Assembly (NCBI GenBank): GCA_037445065.1
Contig: JBBILD010000004.1
Coordinates: 160,001 to 224,000, forward strand
Reading direction: 5' to 3'
Source of the DNA: Myxococcales bacterium
GTDB taxonomy: Bacteria > Desulfobacterota > Binatia > HRBIN30
DNA length: 64,000 nt
The notes below the pieces were generated by a model. The model was not told the DNA's origin and made no database searches. It worked only from the letters and a program-made list of their open reading frames with translations. Below are positions 54,703 to 64,000 of this stretch, one piece after another (position 1 is the stretch's first letter; every line of letters begins with the position of its first letter). The translations under genes and the position numbers were made by a program.

Positions 54703-57702
54703 TTACGAGCCGGAAGCACGCAAGCGCGCACGTGCCGCCTCGATCTGTTTTGCTTCCTCCGGGTCAGCGGGGACGCACTCTTGGTAGCTCTGCAGCGCGG
54801 CGGTCCGGTTGCCCAACTGTTCCCAAGCAGCCCCACGAACGCAGGCAGTGCGCCCGGCAAAGGCGTCGTTGTTGGGCAGCTCAGCCTGCGTGCGCTCGAG
54901 AAACGCAAGCGCTGCGTCCGCATCGCTGGCGTGTACGTACAAGCTTGCCAGCTTGACGAGCAAGGCGGGATCCGGATCGTGTTTGGCCGCCTCGAGCACG
55001 ATGGTTTCCACTTCTTTCACGAAGCGGGCGTTGGGCGGGTAGGGGCCGGTGGCTAACACTTCGACGAGCCCGCGCGCACAATCCACCAGGGGATGGGCGG
55101 ACGGACAGCGGCTCGAGGTCAGAGCCTGAATGAGCCGCAGGCGGCGCGGTTCTGCGCGCAGGTACTGAGTGGCGGCCTTGCGGAACTCCGGACTCACAGG
55201 CGAACGTGCGAACCACGCTTGCAGGATGCGGATCGAGTTGGCCTGGCGCAGCAGGTCGAGCCGGTCGGTGTACGCAGCCCAGTCCACCAGTGCCTCGTGT
55301 GGCATCTGAGCCGCGGGCAGGAGATACCCGTCGCGGTCGTCGGTCGCTACGGATTGGAACAGGTCCGCGAAGTCTCCGGCGAAAAAGGCTTTGGGCGCCA
55401 TGTACTCGAGCAAGGGGTAACGATCGCGATGCACGCTTCCGTCCCCCAGGAGCGAGCGCAACCGCGGTGCCGTTGCGAGTTCCAACGCCAGCACACTTTC
55501 CGCGCGCCGAAGCCCCAACGGTTCGAGATCGGAACGAGCCCGCTGGTACGCCAAGGTCAGAGCCTCTGCGCGGAGCTGCAGCGCATCCATGCTCGCGATC
55601 AGGAGTAGGTCGCCAAAGTTCGACTGGAATAGGTGCACGTGGGGAAAGGAACGCAGAACCGTGCGCAGCAGGGTGCGGACGACCTCGGTGCTCGTTTCAT
55701 AGGTGTGGAACCACTGCACGAGGACCCCGCGCGGGGCCAAGCGAGCACGGATTTGATCAAAGAATTCCATGCTGAACAAACTGCTCACCCCGGCGACCCA
55801 CGGGTTCGACGGTTCGCTGATGATGACGTCATACTGGTACGGCGTGCGAAATAGGAAGGTGCGTGCGTCCTCGACGTGTAGCGCCACGCGTGAGTCCGCC
55901 AGCACATCGCCGAGCCAGTCGCGGAAGTACGCTGCAGCCTCGATCATTTCGGGTGAGATCTCGACCACGTCAATGTGCGCGAATGGGTGGCGGGCCACGG
56001 CGGTAGCGGTCATGCCGCTGCCGAAGCCGATCAGCAAGGCGCGTTGCGGGTTGGCGACCAAGATCCCGGGCAAGTGGCCGAGGAGGAGTTGTGTCTCGCG
56101 GTCGCCGACTAGCGATGCCTCCGTTTTCCCGTTGGCGCGCAGGATCCGCTCCATTCCCGCGTCTTCGACCGAGATCGTGCCCGTGGCTCCGTCGCGGTAG
56201 TACATCAGGCCCGCCTCGAATCCGTTCTTGTACTGCGAGAAGGAGATGGAGGGCGGAAACCCGACGTGGCGGCGAAACTCCCCAGCGACGAGCAAACGCA
56301 AATCCCAGCGCGGGCTTCCCACAACCAGCGCGAGGAAGGCGGCGAGCGCGGCACTGCAGCGTAGAGCGAGGCTGCGCACGGAGAGGCGGCGGTCCGCGCA
56401 CAACACCGCCAGAGCCGTGCACAGAGTCAGCCCCGCAGCCAGGTGGAACGTTCCCTCCAGGCCGAGCAAGGGCAAGAAGTAGAGGGCGCACGCAACCGTG
56501 CCGGCAATCGTGCCCAGGGTATTGGCGGCCAGCACGTAGCTGACTGGCCTCCCGACACCGCGGTGCACTTGCGCAGCCGCATGCGCGAGGGCTGGGAAAA
56601 TCAAACCGTTGGAGAAGGTCAGTGGAAACATCACTAGCACCCACAAAACCAGGCTAGCGAGTTGGTAGGTGGCAAAGCCGCCTTGGCGGGCCCGCACTTC
56701 ATACAACAGGCGCCCGAACCAATACGGGAGCTGCTCGTAGAGAGGCACACACAGCAGCACGACGGCGGCGCTGGCCAGTGCCGCGCGCACGAAAAACCGA
56801 ACTGGCTCGCGCCGCCCAGGAACGACCAGCCGAAACACAAAGCTTCCCGTGGCGATGCCAATGATGAAGGCGGTGAGCATGATCGAGAACGAGTAGGTCG
56901 AGGAGCCCAGCACCAGGCTGCAGAGGCGGATCCAAGCCACTTCGTAAATCATCGCGGCGGCTCCGGTGAGGCCAGCAGCGAGGGGAATCACCCAGCCTGC
57001 ACCGCGCACCGACGCCACGAACGCAGGTCTCGGCGGCGTGGTTTCCTCGCTGCTGGGGGGAGAAGTCACCCTGCCGCGCAGGCGACTGAGCCGGATGACC
57101 CATAGGCCCAGCAGCACGTTCACAGCCGCGGCAGCTAGAAACGGAGTGTCCAAGCCCCAGCGCGGCACGAGAACGAAGCCTGCAGCGGCAGCGCCGGTGG
57201 CGGCTCCGGCGCTGTTCAATCCGTACAACAAAGCCACGCCCTTCCCGAACCCGGCGCGGCTGAGGCCGAAGGCACGAGCCAGCACCGGCAGCGTGCCTCC
57301 CATGCACACCGTGGGCACCCCCATGGTCAGCACGCACGCCAGCACTTGCACCAGGCGACTGGCAACACTCGGCGGCGGGTAAGAAGCGAGTGCTCGCCAG
57401 TACCCCTGGGTCAGCAGATCGAAGCCTAGGGCAAAGGCTGCCGCGCTCAGCCCGATAGCGATTTCCAGCCAACCGTAAAGAGCCAATGGCCGGGTCGTGC
57501 GGTCAGCAACCCCGCCGAACAACGCAGCGCCGACTGCAAGGCCGCCCATGAACACGGCCAGAACGCCCATTTGAGCGTGGGCGGTACTGCCCAGGAGGAG
57601 GGCAAAGTACTTGGCCCAAATCACCTCGTAGACAAGCCCGGTGAGTCCGGAGACGAAAAACAAGACAGCGACAATCGCGAGAGAAGCCCGCGGCGGGGTC
57701 AT
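54703..57702 (-). CDS. Fused MFS-like membrane/spermidine synthase-like protein with TPR-like tail
   Basis: Duplicated GLVYEVIW / AMIYEVAW TM halves, IGFGSGMT, VEISP, EDAR, DVIISEPSNPW. Confidence 0.88.
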   Translation of the reverse strand: MTPPRASLAIVAVLFFVSGLTGLVYEVIWAKYFALLLGSTAHAQMGVLAVFMGGLAVGAALFGGVADRTTRPLALYGWLEIAIGLSAAAFALGFDLLTQGYWRALASYPPPSVASRLVQVLACVLTMGVPTVCMGGTLPVLARAFGLSRAGFGKGVALLYGLNSAGAATGAAAAGFVLVPRWGLDTPFLAAAAVNVLLGLWVIRLSRLRGRVTSPPSSEETTPPRPAFVASVRGAGWVIPLAAGLTGAAAMIYEVAWIRLCSLVLGSSTYSFSIMLTAFIIGIATGSFVFRLVVPGRREPVRFFVRAALASAAVVLLCVPLYEQLPYWFGRLLYEVRARQGGFATYQLASLVLWVLVMFPLTFSNGLIFPALAHAAAQVHRGVGRPVSYVLAANTLGTIAGTVACALYFLPLLGLEGTFHLAAGLTLCTALAVLCADRRLSVRSLALRCSAALAAFLALVVGSPRWDLRLLVAGEFRRHVGFPPSISFSQYKNGFEAGLMYYRDGATGTISVEDAGMERILRANGKTEASLVGDRETQLLLGHLPGILVANPQRALLIGFGSGMTATAVARHPFAHIDVVEISPEMIEAAAYFRDWLGDVLADSRVALHVEDARTFLFRTPYQYDVIISEPSNPWVAGVSSLFSMEFFDQIRARLAPRGVLVQWFHTYETSTEVVRTLLRTVLRSFPHVHLFQSNFGDLLLIASMDALQLRAEALTLAYQRARSDLEPLGLRRAESVLALELATAPRLRSLLGDGSVHRDRYPLLEYMAPKAFFAGDFADLFQSVATDDRDGYLLPAAQMPHEALVDWAAYTDRLDLLRQANSIRILQAWFARSPVSPEFRKAATQYLRAEPRRLRLIQALTSSRCPSAHPLVDCARGLVEVLATGPYPPNARFVKEVETIVLEAAKHDPDPALLVKLASLYVHASDADAALAFLERTQAELPNNDAFAGRTACVRGAAWEQLGNRTAALQSYQECVPADPEEAKQIEAARARLRASGS

Positions 57703-57797
57703 GTGAGCCGGCTATCTATCCGAGCCGCCGGAAGAATCCAACTCGCGCATAGCGTTTGGCACAGCCAGAGCGTGCGAAGACGCAACCGGCACGCCCA

Positions 57798-58595
57798 TCA
57801 GGCCGCTGCCCCGGCGCTACCGGTCCTACGCGCACTGGCGAGTGTGCCTGCCGCGGACCGCGGTTTTTGCAAGACGGCGAGCAGGTCTGCCTTGAGTCCA
57901 TGCAGGCCCAAGCGCTCAATGAGCCGTTCGTGCAATAAGGACAGAATGTACAGAGGCCGTACGAAACCAAACGAATGAGCGAGGGCCAGGTGTTCCAAGC
58001 GTACCACTTCGAAACCCGCTCGTTGCGAAAGCGCGCGGAGAGCCCGTGCGGAGTTGGCGCGGTACCAGGTCGGGAAGACGTCGTCTTCGAAGTCGCGCCA
58101 CTCGCCGCGATTCAGAAAGAAGGCGACGCGTTTGTACCAGAGGTGGAACGCATGCGGTGTCAGACGCGACACGATCATGGCGTAATTCCACTTGTTGGGA
58201 GTGAATACGACGAAGTGTCCGCCTGGTTTGAGCACCCGTGCTACCTCCCGAAAGGCCCACTCCGGATGCTGCAGGTGCTCGGCCACCATCGAGCAAGTCA
58301 CGAGATCGAAGCATTCGGCCGCAAAGGGGAGCGCTTCGCCATTCGCAAGAACCAGATGGCGGATGGTAGGATGGCGCTTGAGGTGCGGGTCCAAATCGCA
58401 CCCGACCACCAGGCCCGCGCGGGTGACCAGCTCGCGATCTAGATCTCGATTCGCCGTGATTGCGCGGCCACAGCCGAGCTCGAGCCAGACGCATCCGGGT
58501 TGCACGAGCTGGCGCAGCGCCCGCTCATAAGAACGCTTGGGCGATTCGTAGCTAGGGTGGTAACGGCGGATGAGGGCAGCGTGTTTCCCGTGCAT
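57798..58595 (-). CDS. Class I SAM-dependent methyltransferase
   Basis: WLELGCG, LPFAAECFD, VAEHL, RVLKPGG, FPTWYRAN. Confidence 0.9.
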   Translation of the reverse strand: MHGKHAALIRRYHPSYESPKRSYERALRQLVQPGCVWLELGCGRAITANRDLDRELVTRAGLVVGCDLDPHLKRHPTIRHLVLANGEALPFAAECFDLVTCSMVAEHLQHPEWAFREVARVLKPGGHFVVFTPNKWNYAMIVSRLTPHAFHLWYKRVAFFLNRGEWRDFEDDVFPTWYRANSARALRALSQRAGFEVVRLEHLALAHSFGFVRPLYILSLLHERLIERLGLHGLKADLLAVLQKPRSAAGTLASARRTGSAGAAA

Positions 58596-58803
58596 GCTAG
58601 CCTCGTTGCTCTCGTTCGCTTTCTGTGCCCATGCCGGGCACCAGGATCTCGAAGTCGGAAGCCCGTCGTATACGGGCGGCAGCAGAGTGGGTCAAGCTGC
58701 TTGCATTGGGTCTTGCAAGCAACAAAAGAGTGCGGACGCGCAACTCGTGCACGGGCGCGGATGAATAGCCAGTGGTTCGAGCGAGCACGGGAAGGAGGAG
58801 CAG

Positions 58804-59583
58804 GTGCTGTTAGCAGGAAAGGTCGCGGTCGTTTCCGGGGTTGGGCCCGGCTTAGGGCGAAGTGCGGCGGTGGCGCTGGCCGGCCAGGGAGCGCGGGTCG
58901 TATTGGCTGCACGCAGCGCCGAGGAGTTGGAACGGGTGGCAGCGGAGATCCGAGCGGCCGGCGGGGAGGCTCTGCCCGTGGTCACGGATATCACGCGCAA
59001 GGACGATTGTGAGGCGTTGGTCCAGCGAGCGAGGGAAAGGTTTGGTCGTCTCGACATCCTGGTGAACAACGCCTTCAAGGGCGGCGTGGAGCCGTTGTTC
59101 GAGAACGCCGATCTGGATCATTGGCGCCAGATCTTCGAAGTGAATGTATTCGGGTCGTTGCAGCTCACGCAGGCCGCTGTTCGAGTGATGAAGCCCCAGC
59201 GGAGCGGCTCGATTGTGTTCGTGAACTCCATGTCCATGCGGATCATCGAGCCGGGCATGGGAGGGTACGCATCGTCCAAGGGAGCGTTGATGGTGGCCGC
59301 ACAAACGCTGGCCAAGGAATTGGGTCCCTACGGGATCCGGGTGAACAGTGTGGTGCCGGGGTACATCTGGAGCGAAAAACTCGCGGGATACTTCCGCTAT
59401 TTGGCCCGCCAGCAAAACCGCACCTACGAAGACGTGCACGCGGAGATCACGGGGCGAACGGCGTTGCGGCACATTCCAGAGCCAGACGAAATCGCCGGCG
59501 CGATTGTCTTCCTGGCTTCCGATCTTTCGCGCGCCATCACCGGGCAAGCAATTGACGTCAATGGCGGCCACTACTTCCACTGA
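58804..59583 (+). CDS. Short-chain dehydrogenase/reductase
   Basis: SGVGPGLG, LVNNA, YASSK, VNSVVPG; GTG start with strong Shine-Dalgarno. Confidence 0.92.
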   Translation: MLLAGKVAVVSGVGPGLGRSAAVALAGQGARVVLAARSAEELERVAAEIRAAGGEALPVVTDITRKDDCEALVQRARERFGRLDILVNNAFKGGVEPLFENADLDHWRQIFEVNVFGSLQLTQAAVRVMKPQRSGSIVFVNSMSMRIIEPGMGGYASSKGALMVAAQTLAKELGPYGIRVNSVVPGYIWSEKLAGYFRYLARQQNRTYEDVHAEITGRTALRHIPEPDEIAGAIVFLASDLSRAITGQAIDVNGGHYFH

Positions 59584-60868
59584 GCGAACCGCCGGGCGCG
59601 AGTCGGACCCCTCGCCGCCAGCGCGCTTGTGGTGGGGCGAATCCGCGAGCGCTTGGACCGCACTCTTGGTGTGCGTGCTCGCCGTCAGCGCACATTCTGC
59701 CCTCTCGCTTGCTTTTGCCGTGCTGATGAAACCGCTGGTGGCGGCGTTTCACATGGACCGCTCCGTGTTTGCTTCGGCCATGACTGTGCGCATGTTCCTT
59801 ATGGTTCTTTGTATGAGCTTGGCCGGGCTGCTGACGGATCGCTGGGGGGCACGCCCGGTGCTGGTGAGCGGTGCGCTCATGGTTGCCGTGGCGACGGCGG
59901 CGTTGGCTAGCGTGCCTTCGGTGGCTTGGTTTTTCCCGGCGATGGCAGCGATCGGTCCAGGGCAAGCAGCCATCGGGTCGGTGGCTGCTTCCGCACTCGT
60001 CTTGCGGCGCTTTCGCAAGCGCCGCGGGCTGGCCATCGGGATCTTGAACGGCGGGGACAACCTTTTGAATTCCTCCGTGCCGCTGCTCACCAGCTTGGTA
60101 CTCGAAATGGGGGGCTGGCGCGGTGCTTTGTATGCGTGGGCGGGGGCCTACCTTGCGCTCGCTCTGTTGCTTCGAGCGGCGTTGCAGGAAGGGGAAGGCC
60201 GCGGTGGTGGAGCTGCAACTCTGGAAAGCGGAGCCACCTGGTACCAAGGGGTCCGCCACCGCGGATTCTGGCTGCTGGTGGCCACTTACGTGCTGACGTA
60301 TGCGTTCATCACCTCTGTCCAGTTGCACTTGCATGCGTACTTGACCGATCGCGGGCACTCGCCCATGGCCGCCGGGCAGGTGTTGGGTTTACAGATTCTC
60401 GTAGGGGCGCTGGGTTCCCCCCTGATCGGGCGGCTGGCAGAACGTCTGGGAGCACGGCGCACCCTGTTGCTGGTGATTGTCGGGCTCGGGCTCGGCTCGC
60501 TCCTGCTGTGGAACCTGGAGACGCACAAGAGTTTTTTGGCCTGGGCCGTCTTTTACGGTACGGTCAACAGCGGCGTCGTGGCGGTGCTGGCGCTCGTTCT
60601 GGCCGAATTGTTCGGCTCGCGCGCGATCGGGCGGCTCATGGGTGTGGCGATGACCTTTTGCATGGCCAGCACGATGCTGGCCAACTTGTATTCGGCGGCC
60701 ATGTTCGACACCTTCGGTTCCTACCTACCCGTCTGGCAGAGCTACAGCGCGCTCATGGCCCTGGCCGCCATACCCGCTACGTTGCTGGTGCGGACGAAGC
60801 CGGTTGCACACGGCTCCGAGCCGGAGCAGGTTCTGGGCGCAGGAGCCCATCCCGGCGGCTCAGCATAA
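59561..60868 (+). CDS. MFS transporter (start uncertain)
   Basis: About 12 TM segments; GLLTDRWGAR and GRLAERLGAR motif A copies; RRGLAIG. Confidence 0.88.
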   Translation: MAATTSTERTAGRESDPSPPARLWWGESASAWTALLVCVLAVSAHSALSLAFAVLMKPLVAAFHMDRSVFASAMTVRMFLMVLCMSLAGLLTDRWGARPVLVSGALMVAVATAALASVPSVAWFFPAMAAIGPGQAAIGSVAASALVLRRFRKRRGLAIGILNGGDNLLNSSVPLLTSLVLEMGGWRGALYAWAGAYLALALLLRAALQEGEGRGGGAATLESGATWYQGVRHRGFWLLVATYVLTYAFITSVQLHLHAYLTDRGHSPMAAGQVLGLQILVGALGSPLIGRLAERLGARRTLLLVIVGLGLGSLLLWNLETHKSFLAWAVFYGTVNSGVVAVLALVLAELFGSRAIGRLMGVAMTFCMASTMLANLYSAAMFDTFGSYLPVWQSYSALMALAAIPATLLVRTKPVAHGSEPEQVLGAGAHPGGSA

Positions 60869-61044
60869 GGCCTTCCCAGGTGGGTTTTCGTTCTCACCGC
60901 GCTTGTGCCGGTGGGGCAACTCCCGCGCCGCCTTTTGCCGCCTTTGCAACGGGCGCCGAGCGGGCAACGAAATCAGCGCCCCGATGACGCCGGCTGCCCT
61001 TGGGAGTCGGCGACCCCGTACGCCCTATCCGGGCTCACGGACTC

Positions 61045-62202
61045 TCAAGGCATAGTGACAATGGCAATGCCGCAGGTCTGCGGGGCGCCGCCCAAGTTGT
61101 GGCTGAGTGCCACGGTGGCGTTTTTCACTTGGCGAGGTCCTGCTTTGCCCTGCAACTGCTTGTAGTTCTCGTACAGCATCCGCACGCCAGTGGCGCCGGT
61201 GGGGTGACCGAAGCTCTTGAGCCCACCGTCCGTGTTCACCGGCAATTCACCGCCCAGCTCGAACGTGCCTGAGGCAATGTGCTCTTTGGCCGAACCCTTT
61301 TCCGCGAACCCCAAGTCCTCATAGGTGAGCAGTTCGGTGAGGGTGAAACAATCGTGCACTTGAGCCACGTGGATTTCTTTGCGCGGGTTGCGGATGCCCG
61401 CTTGTTTGTATGCATCCTGAGCGGCGTAAACGGTTGGCTTCCAGCGCAAGAAGTCGAATGAAGGGTCGGCCTGCGGGTTCGGGCCGAGTGCAATCGTGAT
61501 GGCGCGGATCAGGACGTAGTCGTCGCGGAAGCTGCGTGCCAATTCGCGCCGGGTCAGAATGGCTACTGCGGCGCCATCCGACTGGGCACAGCAATCATAA
61601 AGGCCGAACGGCCACGAGATGATCGGTGCTTTGAGCACGTCTTCGACGGTGATTTCCTTCTTGATCATGGATTTGGGGGCGAGCGTGCCGTTGTGGTGGT
61701 TCTTCACCGCGATGCGTGCCAAATCCTCCCGTGACGCCTTGTAGGTCTCGAAGTAGCGGGCCGCGCAGAGCGCAAACCAACCGGCCGGTGTCATCGGCAG
61801 GCCGCGCACCCCGGTGGTCACCGCACTCGGGCCGCTCACGCCGCGGTCCTTCGGCTTGTCGAAGCCGACGACCATCACCGTGTCGTACATGCCGCAAGCC
61901 ACCGCAAAGGCGCCGAAGCGGAGGGCATCGGTTCCGGTGGCGCAGTAGTTTTGAACCATGCTGACCGGACGCCCAAAAAGCTTGAGCGCGTCCGCAACTT
62001 CTGCGGTCCCCTTGGACGGGTAGACCGCTCCGCAGAACACGGCCTCGATCACCTTTTGCGGTTCGTCAATGCCGGCGTCCTCGTACGCCTCGAAGGCCGC
62101 TTCGACGATCATATCTTCGGGCGACTTGTCCCAGTTCTCGCCGAACTTACAGCAGCCCATGCCCACGATAGCGACCTTGTCGCGAATCGCTTCCGGGTTC
62201 AT
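61045..62202 (-). CDS. SCP2/archaeal-type thiolase (acetyl-CoA acetyltransferase-like)
   Basis: NYCATG, AVKNH, SDGAA, VHDCF, GHPTGATG, HNLGG. Confidence 0.92.
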   Translation of the reverse strand: MNPEAIRDKVAIVGMGCCKFGENWDKSPEDMIVEAAFEAYEDAGIDEPQKVIEAVFCGAVYPSKGTAEVADALKLFGRPVSMVQNYCATGTDALRFGAFAVACGMYDTVMVVGFDKPKDRGVSGPSAVTTGVRGLPMTPAGWFALCAARYFETYKASREDLARIAVKNHHNGTLAPKSMIKKEITVEDVLKAPIISWPFGLYDCCAQSDGAAVAILTRRELARSFRDDYVLIRAITIALGPNPQADPSFDFLRWKPTVYAAQDAYKQAGIRNPRKEIHVAQVHDCFTLTELLTYEDLGFAEKGSAKEHIASGTFELGGELPVNTDGGLKSFGHPTGATGVRMLYENYKQLQGKAGPRQVKNATVALSHNLGGAPQTCGIAIVTMP

Positions 62203-62239
62203 GCTCGACCTCCTCGTGCACGTGCCTTTACCGCTGCCT

Positions 62240-63667
62240 TTACAGCGGGTTTCGAACCGGAGTGCACTTCCAAAAGTAATTGGGCGTGCCTCCGTATTCG
62301 TGGATTTTGCGGAAGGTGAATTCGACTGGCAGATCCAGTTTGACTTCGTTCGGAGAGGCATCCGTCATTTGCAGATACACCCGCGCTCCACCCTGGGCCT
62401 CGATCGTAGTGACGATCAACGGAGGGTCCGGGCTCCCCGCGAAGTAATCGAAGGTGAAGGACATGACTTTGCCCTGCCGGTCGGACAAGCGAACTTCCTC
62501 GAAGTCATCGCGAGCAAAACATTGAAAGCACACTCGCTGGAACGGGAACTGTTCTGTGCCGCAGCGGCGGCAACGTTGACCGTGAAAGCTAATGTCTTCG
62601 TTGCGGTCGCGAAAATGCACGGTGGCCGATACTCCTTGCCCCCCGCGCCGATCCGCGTCGCTCGGGTACAGGTCGCGGAAGGCGAGAAAGCGGTCGTAAT
62701 CCGAGAACTCCTTGCGCCGCGCCAAATGCCAGGCCACACCCCGCCGGCGCACGAGGCCGGTAACGGGTTCCTGCGTTTGCACCAAGAAGGCATCCGCTCC
62801 GTCACCATAATTCGCCCACAGGATGCGCTGCCCCGGCCGGGCTTCTTCGAGTGCAGCGGCGAGCAGCAGCGGCGCAAGCGCGGCGCCGCAGTTGCCAACG
62901 CGGCCAAAGAGAGGGTCTTGGATTCGGTTCGACTCGAAGCCAAAGCGGCGCAACACACCGAGGTGGCTGCGCGCGTCTGGGGAGTAAACGGCGACCTTGT
63001 CTAGCTCCGAAGTTTGTAAGCCGCTCCGCTGCAGACACCGGCTGATCGCGTCGCGCAAGTTGTCTCCGTACCCGTGTTCGACCACGAAGCGCTCTTCCCA
63101 CGAGCGAACGAAGCGGTCGTGTTCCGTGCGCCAGATGTCCCGGATCTCGTCGGCGAGGCAGACGTGGATGGCAAAGTCTGCGGCCACTTCCTCGCGGGCG
63201 ATAAGAAAAGCCACTGCGGCATCGCCGAAGTTCCGCTCCAGCGGAGAGCGAGGCGGGGCCGGCCGTGCATCACTGGCGATCACCAGCACTTGCTGCAGGC
63301 TGCCGGCCCGCACCGCGTCCAGCGCGGCGCGCAGGGCGATGGTGCCGGCGCGAGTCGTGTCGCAGAAGTCTGCCGTAAAGACGTCCCGCCTGAGGTCGAG
63401 AGCTTTCGCGATCAGGCTCGCGCCCTGCTTCTCGCGGTAGGGGTACGAAGTGGAGGCGAAGAGCAGCCCGTCTACGGTGCTGCGCTCGATCCCCTCGAGG
63501 CAGTTCGTACCAGCCGCCACTGCCATGGTGACGGCGTCTTCGTCGAAGTACGCCACGGATCGTTCCCCACTTCCGCCGCTGGCTTTGCGCCCCCCGCTGA
63601 TGGCGCCGAGGGCGAGGCGAAGCATGGGGATGTACACGCCTTGGCTGCGAATCCCGACCTGACTCAT
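62240..63667 (-). CDS. HMG-CoA synthase-like domain fused to DUF35 Zn-ribbon/OB-fold
   Basis: DEDAVTMAV, GDAAVAF, GNCG, YGDGADA; CRRC...CFQC followed by OB-fold (FTFRK, YFWK). Confidence 0.88.
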   Translation of the reverse strand: MSQVGIRSQGVYIPMLRLALGAISGGRKASGGSGERSVAYFDEDAVTMAVAAGTNCLEGIERSTVDGLLFASTSYPYREKQGASLIAKALDLRRDVFTADFCDTTRAGTIALRAALDAVRAGSLQQVLVIASDARPAPPRSPLERNFGDAAVAFLIAREEVAADFAIHVCLADEIRDIWRTEHDRFVRSWEERFVVEHGYGDNLRDAISRCLQRSGLQTSELDKVAVYSPDARSHLGVLRRFGFESNRIQDPLFGRVGNCGAALAPLLLAAALEEARPGQRILWANYGDGADAFLVQTQEPVTGLVRRRGVAWHLARRKEFSDYDRFLAFRDLYPSDADRRGGQGVSATVHFRDRNEDISFHGQRCRRCGTEQFPFQRVCFQCFARDDFEEVRLSDRQGKVMSFTFDYFAGSPDPPLIVTTIEAQGGARVYLQMTDASPNEVKLDLPVEFTFRKIHEYGGTPNYFWKCTPVRNPL

Positions 63668-63672
63668 CGCGG

Positions 63673-64000
63673 CTACTTCTTCTCGTCTTTCTTTTCTTCT
63701 TTCTTCTCGTCGCGCCGTAGCTGCGGGATCCCGATCGGCTGCAAGTGCTCCCCGAACACGGCATCGAACTGCGCCGCGATTTCCGCGGGCGTAAAGCCGC
63801 CCGGTTTGTACATCATGGCGATCGGGCGGATCTGCTGAAAGATCGTAAAGCCGAAACCGCGGCGGCCGAAGATCTGCCCGTTGACGTGGCCCGCCTTTTC
63901 CGAGGCCAAGAACGCCACCATCGGAGCGTTGCGATCCGGATGCATTTCGGGCGGTGGCTCTTTGTTTTCCATTCCAGGAATCGTACCCACCATGCGGGTC
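63673..64000 (-). CDS. C-terminal part of an SDR family oxidoreductase; truncated by window edge
   Basis: TRM, APMVAFLASE, VNGQIF. Confidence 0.7.
   Translation of the reverse strand, partial: TRMVGTIPGMENKEPPPEMHPDRNAPMVAFLASEKAGHVNGQIFGRRGFGFTIFQQIRPIAMMYKPGGFTPAEIAAQFDAVFGEHLQPIGIPQLRRDEKKEEKKDEKK

Noticed and set aside
57757..57772. Sigma-54-like TGGCAC-N5-GAGC on the plus strand
   Set aside because: Weak -12 element, and it points antisense into the methyltransferase with no gene to drive
1..64000. CRISPR arrays, tRNA/rRNA, IS elements, prophage or defence genes
   Set aside because: No repeat-spacer periodicity, RNA gene signatures, or transposase, integrase or nuclease motifs seen by eye

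Overview
GC-rich bacterial chromosomal segment with about 52 densely packed CDSs. I see no rRNA, tRNA, CRISPR array, integrase or transposase. The gene content (many lipid-catabolic enzymes, LLM oxidoreductases, large Cys-rich exported proteins, sigma-54 regulation) loosely suggests a Binatota/Myxococcota-like organism, which is inference only. Contents in order: end of an archaeal-type GlmU-like gene, glmS and an SDR; fhs; a five-gene sigma-54 signalling module; a membrane glycosyltransferase-like gene split by an amber codon; a paraoxonase-like lactonase; an ADC-like gene with two ACADs; a membrane-anchored Fe-S aldo/keto reductase followed by Fur-boxed feoAB; thiolase, thioesterase, amidase and hydrolases; a P-type ATPase; bcp; namZ; a frameshifted ManC-like gene; comA among surface-modification enzymes; MoxR/VWA/PEBP; an RND pump with TetR; merB-like, WS/DGAT and two LLM genes; an MFS-spermidine synthase fusion; and a thiolase beside an HMGS-like/DUF35 fusion. 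The strongest candidates for something new are (1) the sigma-54 module, which pairs a His-less pseudokinase with an Asp-less pseudoreceiver behind its own sigma-54 promoter and sits next to a probably sigma-54-dependent fhs, (2) an orphan comA with possible stand-in pathway enzymes, (3) a MerB-like protein in a lipid operon, (4) a catalytically dead HMGS-DUF35 scaffold beside a thiolase, and (5) an intergenic element with two interleaved perfect helices. All calls come from reading motifs by eye; no searches were run.
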